Shown: piece by piece, positions 33,306 to 40,000 of the stretch
How positions within the stretch are numbered: the stretch's first letter is position 1
How the letters are laid out: each line of letters begins with the position of its first letter
Origin: a virus
Length of the DNA: 40,000 nt
Strand: one strand, 5' to 3'
IMG/VR virus record: IMGVR_UViG_3300025687_000013
Notes under the pieces: generated by a model
Told to the model about the DNA's origin: nothing
The model's database searches: none
What the model saw: only the letters and a program-made list of their open reading frames with translations
Translations under genes and position numbers: made by a program

Positions 33306-35379
33306 TGGGGTTGACTCCTATTCTGCCAATTTGTTTGTTCTGCTGCTGCATCATGGACATGTTCAGGTTCTGAGAAAACGCCTGGACCAGTTGTTGGAAC
33401 TGTTCATCACCCTGGAGCAGTTGTTGGTATTTGGGGTTGGAGGCAATGATTTGCTGCATGAACTGTAACTTGATGCCTGCACTTGGGTCGTTCTCGACAA
33501 AGCTAGGTTGGTTACCCAGGGCCATCAGTGCTACCTGGTTGTTGACGTCGTCAAACATCTTCTTGGTAGCTTCAGCCTCTTCTGTGACCAGTTCTGTGGC
33601 CAATGTTGGGTCGATGACTTGCAGCTTCTTACGAATGAGTTTGGTCCTGTCAACGATGCCCATGGTGTCTTCTGGTAAGACAAACTGTGAGATAGCCTGG
33701 AGCTTCTTTTGAACAAACTCGTTGTCCAATTCGCGAATGTCGAAGTGCAGTGAGAAGTTGTATTTGTTAGGGTCCCTGGGAATACCCATGTTGGTCCCTG
33801 TGACCTGGGCAAAGCGTTCGTCAGAATCAAACTTCTGAGTGAGTTCCCACATTCTGCCTACTACAGATGACATGTGACGTAGCCATCGATGCACGTATGC
33901 CTGTTGGTTGAGCTGGGTTTCTACAGGTGGAATGACTGCGTTAGGCCTGCCGAAATACCGATCTGTCCGAACGGTAATATCGTTGATGAGCTGGAAGGCC
34001 AGCTCAGAACCTCGACGAGGAGGTTCCATCCAGGAGATGTCGTTTGGTCTTTGCTCGGCTACCTGAACACCAGGGCCCACTTTGATTCTCTGGCCATACC
34101 TCAAGGGCACCTTGAGTGGAGGAAGTATCTCGAAGCTTGATCTGTCCGTAAGACTGTCAGACTGAACTTTGATCTCGTTCTGCCAGGTCTTAACAATCTC
34201 AGAAACACCTCGGCTCTCGATAGGTGACCTACGTGTCTTCTCCCTGGTGAAACATTCAAACGGGTAGGTGTCCCCTGCTTCAGTCACCAGTTTGTGTTCA
34301 CCAAAGAGTTCATCGCCCTTGGTGTTCTTTTCTAGGTAAGGCGAGAAGATGGTGAGGTAGATGCCGGGCATGCCACTGTCGGTGGTTCGCCTTGAGTAAG
34401 CATGAATGATCTCGACCAGGTTGGACTTATCGTCCATGTGGTCGCTAGTGCCAACCACCGGGGAAAGACCGTATTCGTAGCTTGAAGCATTGGTGCCAGC
34501 AGTCTTCTTAACCTCTTCGCAGAACTTCTTGTCCCACTCCCCTGATGCTGCCTTCTCTTCAATCTCGGCAACTGTGTAGAAGTCTCTTCTGAAAATTGCC
34601 CTGGCACGTTGCCAATCGGTTGTTTCGGGCGGGAACAAGACCTCGTAGTAGGGACGAAGGGCAACAATACTTGGTTGGTTCCGAGTCATCTCAGGAACCT
34701 CAAACACTGTCTTGCCAGTCTCAACAATCTCCCTGATGTGTTTCAGGGCTTTGGTCCTGGTTAACCCTTTGTTGCCTGCGACCAGGAGGTCAGCCAGGTA
34801 TTCTTGTTCGTTTTGCAGGGCAGCGGTTAGAGCGTCAATACTAGGCGGGTTGTCGGCCCCTAGATAGCCGGTGAGTGTTTGGAGGTTAATCTCGCGGGGC
34901 ACCTGGGCGTAGCAACGCTCCCAGGTTACATGAAGGACGCTCCAACCATATTGCGCTGCATATTCAGAGTGCAGTTCCAGTTCTTCCTCAAAGTCTGGCT
35001 GCATCAAAGTCTTTAGCATCCACCTCAGATACAGGCCTACTGCACCAGATGTCTTGACGTCGCTGCTTTCAATGCCATCGACGTTCAGGGCAGCCCTAGC
35101 GATGCTGGAGGTGCTCAAGTTGACCATGAAGTTGCACACTTCATCGGCCAGTCTGATTCGAGTGTCACTGGCACCTTCCCACGGGAATGGCTGTTGGCCA
35201 ATGTCCGAGGCATGTTTTTTGCCATCAGAACTCTGACCGTTCCAGAAGGCAAACCGAGTGTTGTCAGCGTCCTTGACCCTGTTGGTCATTCGCCTGTCGG
35301 TGTGAGCCCTACGGAAGTCTCTCCGTAATTCAGAAATGTTAGGTTCCGTTGTCGAAACCAGTTTGTCTAGGGTGTGCAT
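33298..35379 (-). CDS. portal protein
   Basis: About 693 aa, immediately downstream of the large terminase (TGATG overlap). The N-terminal block FAFWNGQSSDGKKHASDIGQQPFPWEGASDTRIRLADEV resembles podovirus-type portals. Size and synteny fit. Confidence 0.8.
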   Translation of the reverse strand: MHTLDKLVSTTEPNISELRRDFRRAHTDRRMTNRVKDADNTRFAFWNGQSSDGKKHASDIGQQPFPWEGASDTRIRLADEVCNFMVNLSTSSIARAALNVDGIESSDVKTSGAVGLYLRWMLKTLMQPDFEEELELHSEYAAQYGWSVLHVTWERCYAQVPREINLQTLTGYLGADNPPSIDALTAALQNEQEYLADLLVAGNKGLTRTKALKHIREIVETGKTVFEVPEMTRNQPSIVALRPYYEVLFPPETTDWQRARAIFRRDFYTVAEIEEKAASGEWDKKFCEEVKKTAGTNASSYEYGLSPVVGTSDHMDDKSNLVEIIHAYSRRTTDSGMPGIYLTIFSPYLEKNTKGDELFGEHKLVTEAGDTYPFECFTREKTRRSPIESRGVSEIVKTWQNEIKVQSDSLTDRSSFEILPPLKVPLRYGQRIKVGPGVQVAEQRPNDISWMEPPRRGSELAFQLINDITVRTDRYFGRPNAVIPPVETQLNQQAYVHRWLRHMSSVVGRMWELTQKFDSDERFAQVTGTNMGIPRDPNKYNFSLHFDIRELDNEFVQKKLQAISQFVLPEDTMGIVDRTKLIRKKLQVIDPTLATELVTEEAEATKKMFDDVNNQVALMALGNQPSFVENDPSAGIKLQFMQQIIASNPKYQQLLQGDEQFQQLVQAFSQNLNMSMMQQQNKQIGRIGVNPNG

Positions 35380-37046
35380 CAATAGCTGCCGGGTTGTGTG
35401 CTGTATTCTTGGTTCCTGGGGACGTAGATGGGGTCCATGAGTATGCCGTATCTGAGACAGTCAACAGGGTCCTTGCTGGCCCCCTTGTCTCCGTCGGCAT
35501 TGGTCCAGGTTCTCAGAGAGTAGATTAGATTTTTACACACCTCCGACACGTAGAGTTTCGGCTCGTTCAGAACCGACACTTCCTCGCTCAAGTTATAGGA
35601 AAACAAATTGTTGACAAGGGCACAGCTCTCGTCGATGTGCGTCATTGGGGCAGCCGTGAAAAGTAAGCCGTCCTTGGTAACTTCACCCCCTGCCCCTCTG
35701 TCAGGTTGAGCCAGGAGATCAATCAAGCTCTGGTTGTGTTCTCTCTGGCTGAGAACAGCAGTTCTTCCTGCCCTGGGGTCAATGAACCTCTCCTGGATGC
35801 CACCGTCTGTTCTCTCTAGTTCCCTGATCAGGGTCTTATACTGCTGCAAGTTCCTACCACAGTCTGCGGTCTGTGCCGGGCCCTTCTTACCGTCCATCTT
35901 CGCAGATGGTAGAGCCCACTCGCCATGGTTATCAAAGTCAGGCCACTCACGATAAACAAACACGCGACCAAGGTCGTCAACGCGAAGCCAAAGCATAAAC
36001 CAATTGCGGTCCCCAGGCGTTGGGTCCACCACCATATAGTTTGTTCCACTCTTTGGAACCTGGTCTGCCTTGACAATATTCCTGTCTGTAAATCTGGGGA
36101 ACTTGCCAACAATAGGGTTGGAAACATAGCCGTATGCCCTGATCTCAATTTCCTCCCTGGTCCTACCCTGGAGGGTTTTCTCCATGGCATCGAATGGTGA
36201 GTAGGGGTTGAATTCACTGAAGAACCAGAATATCTGTCCATTGCCTTGTCTTGTCCTTGCTCTGTATGGCATGTGCCCCTTGGGCACCCCTGGTATGGTT
36301 GATGGCGCTTTGGGGTCTATCAGCTTCCCAGGTTTAGTCTCCTCGATGATGGCACCCTCACAGGCGTCTTTTACGGTCGGTGTGTAACCTTCTATCGGAG
36401 TGAAAGTGATGACCATTTTGCCCCTACGTGAGACCAATCTATATTTCAGGGTCTGCACCCAGGCTAGGGGCACTAGCTCGTCCATCCAGATCAAGTCTAG
36501 CTCTGTCCCTTCCAATGTGCCCAAGTCCTGGGTGTAATTTTTGAACCAGGCTTGGCTGTGGTTGACCCCCACAAAGGTCCTGTTGGAGAAACCGTTCTTC
36601 TGACTGAAAGCAATGTTCTGAACAGACCTCACATTCCTTCTCTGTGCCTTCCATTGCTGTGGCAAATAGGCATTCAAATAGGGTTGCTGAACCTGGATGC
36701 TGGAGTCATTAGAACTATGACAACACCAGACTGCGTATTTAGGGTTGTTCACCATCGCTCTAATGACCCTAGAAGCCATGTATCTGGACTTCCCTGCCCT
36801 GTTACCACCAAAGATGTAGATCACGTCTACAGTGGGGTCCTCCAGGGCCTTGTCCACGTCCTTCCAATGATCAAAGATGCCCTCAGTGTTGTGGTGGTCT
36901 GCCCCATACAAGTAAGGGTCAGCCTCCTCTAACCTGATGAGTTCCTCCCTCTTGTTGTAGAACTCTTCCAGGGTGCCCTGGGCAGCCATGGCCATCGCCT
37001 CTGACTGAGTAGGGACCGGGTAGATAGGGTGCTTAGTCCACTTCAT
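35379..37046 (-). CDS. terL: terminase large subunit
   Basis: Walker A IFGGNRAGKS and Walker B ELDLIWMDE, with a C-terminal nuclease-sized domain. It lies immediately upstream of the portal. Confidence 0.9.
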   Translation of the reverse strand: MKWTKHPIYPVPTQSEAMAMAAQGTLEEFYNKREELIRLEEADPYLYGADHHNTEGIFDHWKDVDKALEDPTVDVIYIFGGNRAGKSRYMASRVIRAMVNNPKYAVWCCHSSNDSSIQVQQPYLNAYLPQQWKAQRRNVRSVQNIAFSQKNGFSNRTFVGVNHSQAWFKNYTQDLGTLEGTELDLIWMDELVPLAWVQTLKYRLVSRRGKMVITFTPIEGYTPTVKDACEGAIIEETKPGKLIDPKAPSTIPGVPKGHMPYRARTRQGNGQIFWFFSEFNPYSPFDAMEKTLQGRTREEIEIRAYGYVSNPIVGKFPRFTDRNIVKADQVPKSGTNYMVVDPTPGDRNWFMLWLRVDDLGRVFVYREWPDFDNHGEWALPSAKMDGKKGPAQTADCGRNLQQYKTLIRELERTDGGIQERFIDPRAGRTAVLSQREHNQSLIDLLAQPDRGAGGEVTKDGLLFTAAPMTHIDESCALVNNLFSYNLSEEVSVLNEPKLYVSEVCKNLIYSLRTWTNADGDKGASKDPVDCLRYGILMDPIYVPRNQEYSTQPGSY

Positions 37047-37047
37047 G

Positions 37048-37335
37048 TCACCACCTGCTCAACTGTCTAGGCCTTCCCTTGCAATACATTCTCTTGCCCC
37101 CTGGTTCGCACCAGACAGGCACCTGGAGGCCTTTCTGGAACCATCTGGCATCACTGACATGGACCAGGCCTAGATCGGTCTCTATAAGCCTGCTGTTGAG
37201 AGGGTGACCAATGACCTTGCCCACTTTACTCTCCCTGCCTGCCTTCCATCGGAGGTCAGGCGTCTCTAGCATGGTCCTACGTTTGGCCGGTTTGCCTCTG
37301 GTTCGTTTCTTGGGTTGGTTGTCCTGGTCTTCCAT
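37048..37335 (-). CDS. small basic protein abutting terL (possible small terminase subunit or DNA-binding protein)
   Basis: 95 aa with a basic N-terminus KKRTRGKPAKRR. Its stop lies 1 nt before the terL ATG. Confidence 0.35.
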   Translation of the reverse strand: MEDQDNQPKKRTRGKPAKRRTMLETPDLRWKAGRESKVGKVIGHPLNSRLIETDLGLVHVSDARWFQKGLQVPVWCEPGGKRMYCKGRPRQLSRW

Positions 37336-37337
37336 GG

Positions 37338-37502
37338 TCAGTCCTTTGCCATCGCTTCATCAAACCTGTCCCAACAGTAGGAGCAAAGAACCTCCCAGGG
37401 GGCATCAGCAGGCTTCTGAATGAGCCAACCATCAGCCTCGGCTGCCAGGTAGGTTTCAGAGTCTCCACAGGAGTTACATGAGATGTGTTTATGGTCTTTC
37501 AT
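37338..37502 (-). CDS. small zinc-ribbon-like protein (54 aa)
   Basis: Hand translation: MKDHKHISCNSCGDSETYLAAEADGWLIQKPADAPWEVLCSYCWDRFDEAMAKD, with two CxxC pairs. It ends 2 nt before the next ATG. Below the ORF-track cutoff, and no clear SD. Confidence 0.4.
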   Translation of the reverse strand: MKDHKHISCNSCGDSETYLAAEADGWLIQKPADAPWEVLCSYCWDRFDEAMAKD

Positions 37503-37515
37503 GGTTAGTCTGTTT

Positions 37516-37546
37516 TTGACATTTAGCGCCCCTTCTTAAATGTCAA
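37516..37546. promoter_or_regulatory. 10-bp perfect inverted repeat TTGACATTTA-n11-TAAATGTCAA (operator or promoter candidate for the late operon)
   Basis: Read directly. Each arm carries a TTGACA hexamer (-35-like) on its own strand. It lies in the 188-nt non-coding gap upstream of the packaging genes. Confidence 0.3.
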
Positions 37547-37690
37547 AGAGAGGGGCCCAAGAGGGGCCTTTTGTCATTTGGTGTGGTTGGGGGGATGCGT
37601 TTCCATATCGCCACTCCTGGGAGATTATTGACCCCCCCGCCCCCTTGTTGGGCCCATTCTTCGCACAATATCAATTATGTTCCAATTGCA

Positions 37691-38191
37691 TCAGGGGTTC
37701 TTTTCTTCTGTTACCACCTCTGCATCAATGACTTCTTCATCCTTCCTGGCATTGGCAATGAGTTGTTTGAGTGCTAACGCATCAATGGTGGTTGATGTAT
37801 GAGCCACAATGGCGCTGGGTAAGCCCTGAACCTGCACCTCTTTGTCGGTCAAGATGCCGATGGCGACGGGTAACTTATCAGCCTTCACTTCATTGGCCTC
37901 TACTGCCTCTTTGAACTTGGTCAGGCACAGGTCCCTTGTCTGCCTAAGATTATTAATCAGAGCCTCTTGAGAGTGAGCAGGCAGGTTCTCCTTAGAGCTG
38001 ATACCCTGGACGGTCTGCTGACCAATACCGAATATCTTAGCTATGCTCTCATGCCCTACTCCCTCTCTTATTGCCCTCACGATACAGTCGTATCGTTTCG
38101 GGTCTTTAGCCTTGATCTGGGTGCCATCATAGTTCCTGAGACCCTGGTCAGGCATTCTCTGATTGAACTGGGTCAGGGAGCCTTTAGGCAT
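37691..38191 (-). CDS. HTH DNA-binding protein (small terminase subunit or late-gene regulator candidate)
   Basis: 166 aa. CIVRAIREGVGHESIAKIFGIGQQTVQGI is a helix-turn-helix. The C-terminus is acidic. It is the last gene before the non-coding gap that precedes the packaging module. Confidence 0.45.
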   Translation of the reverse strand: MPKGSLTQFNQRMPDQGLRNYDGTQIKAKDPKRYDCIVRAIREGVGHESIAKIFGIGQQTVQGISSKENLPAHSQEALINNLRQTRDLCLTKFKEAVEANEVKADKLPVAIGILTDKEVQVQGLPSAIVAHTSTTIDALALKQLIANARKDEEVIDAEVVTEEKNP

Positions 38192-38268
38192 GGTGGTAAA
38201 TAGAAAGACGGCTGGAGACTATCGTCTTCCAACCGCCCTCCCAATTATCTGTGTCTAGAGGTCGTCTG

Positions 38269-38454
38269 TCAAGGGTGACTGACACCTCCGAGTCTATATT
38301 TACGTCTGGACAATCGTTCACGGTCCCCTGTTTGTAGGGTTTTCTTTGGGGCTTGACAAGAGGGCTGCCTGTAGCCCCAACCACCACATGCTGGGCAGTG
38401 GGTTGGTTCAGGCTTCAGGACGTAGCCTCTGCCGTGACAGATTGGGCAGATCAT
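38269..38454 (-). CDS. small DnaJ-type zinc-finger protein
   Basis: MICPICHGRGYVLKPEPTHCPACGGWGY contains two CxxCxGxG repeats. ATGA overlap with the upstream gene. Confidence 0.55.
   Translation of the reverse strand: MICPICHGRGYVLKPEPTHCPACGGWGYRQPSCQAPKKTLQTGDRERLSRRKYRLGGVSHP
38274..38286 (+). promoter_or_regulatory. 13-mer motif copy (plus-strand sense), exact
   Basis: GGTGACTGACACC on the plus strand, at the extreme 3' end of the zinc-finger ORF. It is oriented against local transcription. Confidence 0.55.
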
Positions 38455-38792
38455 TGGTCAAACCCTATGATGGGCCCTGGGAAGATGCTCTTCAGAGCTG
38501 CCATACCACCGTAGTCTGCGTTGATACAGAGAAGCAGTAGTTCAGCCTGGTCCAGGACATAGGTTCGTTCACGTTCAAACCCTGGTATTATGTATGGAGC
38601 CCAAGTCTTGGGGTCATTCTCGTCTACTTTGACCACGCCTGACCAGGGGCCTGCTATCTGACTCAGGGCATACTTACCTCGGTCACCTACCGGGCTGTAG
38701 ATGGCCATCATCATGCGGTTGTTAGGCTCGTCATACCATTGAGCCGTGACTCCTGATTCATGCTTCAGGAGAACTGTTGGTTTCAGCATCAT
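38451..38792 (-). CDS. hypothetical protein
   Basis: The likely start is ATG 38792 (MMLKPTVLL...) after AAAGGAACTAATA. The ORF-track start at 38873 is probably too far upstream. Confidence 0.5.
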   Translation of the reverse strand: MMLKPTVLLKHESGVTAQWYDEPNNRMMMAIYSPVGDRGKYALSQIAGPWSGVVKVDENDPKTWAPYIIPGFERERTYVLDQAELLLLCINADYGGMAALKSIFPGPIIGFDQ

Positions 38793-38900
38793 TATTAGTT
38801 CCTTTCTGTTTAGGGTTGGGGTTGCGCCAGGTGTAGCTTGTGGGCATACCTCGCTTTCTGAAGAAACGGTCACAGGCCTTGTCTAGTTTCGTGAAGAAAC

Positions 38901-39437
38901 CTAGCTCAAAGTAGTAACCACAGCCTTCAAAGTCGGCTTTGGGTGTTGGTTCATCATCCATTGGACGTCTGTTAATTGATCTCTGGGGTATAGGTAGACA
39001 ATGCGACCCTGTATGGGCTCCATGTATTCGGGTTTCTCGACCTCTGATGTGGGCGCTATGCCCACGATGGTGAACGTGTGGTCCTGACACTCCACCAGGG
39101 CTAGAAAGTCCGTCTTATGGGCCTTCAGGTTCGCTATCAGGTTGCCTCCGATCACTGGGGTAGTCTTGATGTCAACTGTCCTGCCATCTGGCAGTGTCAC
39201 ATCAACTACGCATGGCCCTGAACTGTCCAGGTCAGGCCACAGGTTGAAGGCCTTAGCAAAGGCCAGTTCTCCTGCTACCCCATTGATGTCGGCTGTTTCT
39301 CTGGCACCTGGAGACTTGTCCAGGTGCCCCATCTGGTCATTGGTCCTGGTTGGGCCAGTGACTGCTATGCGCTCATGCGCTAAGTGCCTGGCTAGTGCCA
39401 GCTCTGATCGGCTCAGTGTTATGGTAATCATTGCCAC
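38901..39437 (-). CDS. PD-(D/E)xK (restriction-endonuclease-fold) nuclease-like protein
   Basis: GVAGELAFAKAFNLWPDLD...VVDVTLPDGRTVDIKTT...DFLALV follows the E...D...(D/E)xK order seen in many small phage nucleases. Confidence 0.5.
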   Translation of the reverse strand: MAMITITLSRSELALARHLAHERIAVTGPTRTNDQMGHLDKSPGARETADINGVAGELAFAKAFNLWPDLDSSGPCVVDVTLPDGRTVDIKTTPVIGGNLIANLKAHKTDFLALVECQDHTFTIVGIAPTSEVEKPEYMEPIQGRIVYLYPRDQLTDVQWMMNQHPKPTLKAVVTTLS

Positions 39438-39936
39438 GCATTCTCCCCAGGGTGTCAGTCACCTTGAGGAAAAGTGTTTCTAAGCCATCGCTATTGATGA
39501 TGGTGGCATCTGCCAGGACCTCATCAACTGAGGTCTCTGAGATGTGGTTGTCCACCACTCCATCCAGCTCTGGCCTAATAATTCTGATGACCTTTCCACC
39601 CTGGGAACGAACCCAGTCAGCCTCGAACGGGAACCGCAGATCATCGATGATGACCAGGTCTGCTGCGTGTTCCATGTCCCTCACACGGTCCTTGAGTTGA
39701 TCAATGAACACATACCTCCCAAACTTAGCCTTGAGAGACTCTCCCAGGGCTTGCATGACTGGCCTGAGAACCTCCTTGGGTGTCTCGTCCAACGGCCCGA
39801 ATATGCGCTCCACATGCTCCTTGATGGGTCTGGCAAAACTGTCCCTGTAGGCCAGCCCTGGGTGATTGTTCCTGATGAATGTAGCCGCAGTTGTTTTGCC
39901 GCTCCTCTTCTTCCCTACTAATGCAATTAGTTCCAT
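39373..39936 (-). CDS. deoxynucleoside monophosphate kinase (phage dNMP kinase family)
   Basis: MELIALVGKKRSGKTTAA is a P-loop. SFARPIKE and LVIIDDLRFPFEADWVRSQGGKVIRIIRP match the conserved D(V/L)RFxNE...GG...R blocks of phage dNMP kinases. Its first 59 nt are duplicated at window positions 1-59. Confidence 0.75.
   Translation of the reverse strand: MELIALVGKKRSGKTTAATFIRNNHPGLAYRDSFARPIKEHVERIFGPLDETPKEVLRPVMQALGESLKAKFGRYVFIDQLKDRVRDMEHAADLVIIDDLRFPFEADWVRSQGGKVIRIIRPELDGVVDNHISETSVDEVLADATIINSDGLETLFLKVTDTLGRMRGNDYHNTEPIRAGTSQALSA
39451..39463 (-). promoter_or_regulatory. 13-mer motif copy (minus-strand sense), exact
   Basis: The plus strand reads GGTGTCAGTCACC. It lies 13 nt upstream of the start at 39437, inside the 3' end of the dNMP kinase ORF. 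Confidence 0.6.
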
Positions 39937-40000
39937 GGTCTCCCTTTCTTTGGCTCTTCTTCTTCGCCGAACTCAGCGTCCTCAGTGGCTATCATTGGTA
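39878..40000. repeat. Terminal direct repeat, right copy (identical to 1..123)
   Basis: Exact 123-nt match to the window start, read by eye. Confidence 0.95.

Noticed and set aside
37048-38191. A firm small-terminase assignment.
   Set aside because: There are two candidates: the 95-aa basic protein abutting terL, and the 166-aa HTH protein upstream of the non-coding gap. Neither has a motif I can recognise as TerS-specific, so both are reported only as candidates.
38184-38387. 67-aa ORF overlapping the zinc-finger ORF and the start of the HTH gene.
   Set aside because: It overlaps the 38269..38454 ORF, which has a clear double CxxCxGxG motif and an ATGA junction with its upstream gene. It has no motif of its own. 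It is kept only as a possibility.

Overview
The window is essentially one complete temperate dsDNA phage genome. Bases 1-123 recur exactly at 39878-40000, giving a unit length of 39,877 bp, and genes read across the junction. A divergent switch region sits at about 5554-5674.

Leftward (minus strand) runs one long co-directional gene train. It starts with early recombination and replication genes: resolvase-like nuclease, RlpA-like lipoprotein, SSB-like protein, RecE-like exonuclease, HNH endonuclease, a lambda-O-like initiator carrying an internal iteron origin, DnaB helicase, dNMP kinase and a PD-(D/E)xK nuclease. It continues through packaging and head genes: large terminase, portal, scaffold and an HK97/SU10-type capsid protein. 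It ends with tail fibres, holin/spanin-like genes, a GT4 glycosyltransferase, nozzle-like and internal virion proteins, and a 2306-aa polyvalent-type giant protein, stopping at a hairpin terminator at 10332-10373.

Rightward (plus strand) lies a small lysogeny/cargo island. It holds RHH-type regulator candidates and a tyrosine integrase whose 5' end contains a 50-nt tRNA-Ala(GGC) 3' fragment (attP). It also holds a 4-gene cassette with a radical-SAM/SPASM enzyme and two glycosyltransferase-like proteins.

The strongest non-genic signal is an asymmetric 13-mer, GGTGACTGACACC. It is present 9 times exactly plus 2 close variants, mostly at or within ~30 nt of gene boundaries.

I saw no rRNA, complete tRNA, CRISPR array, transposase, DNA/RNA polymerase, tape-measure or sheath gene. 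The layout looks podovirus-like. All functional calls come from motif reading by eye, not database searches.
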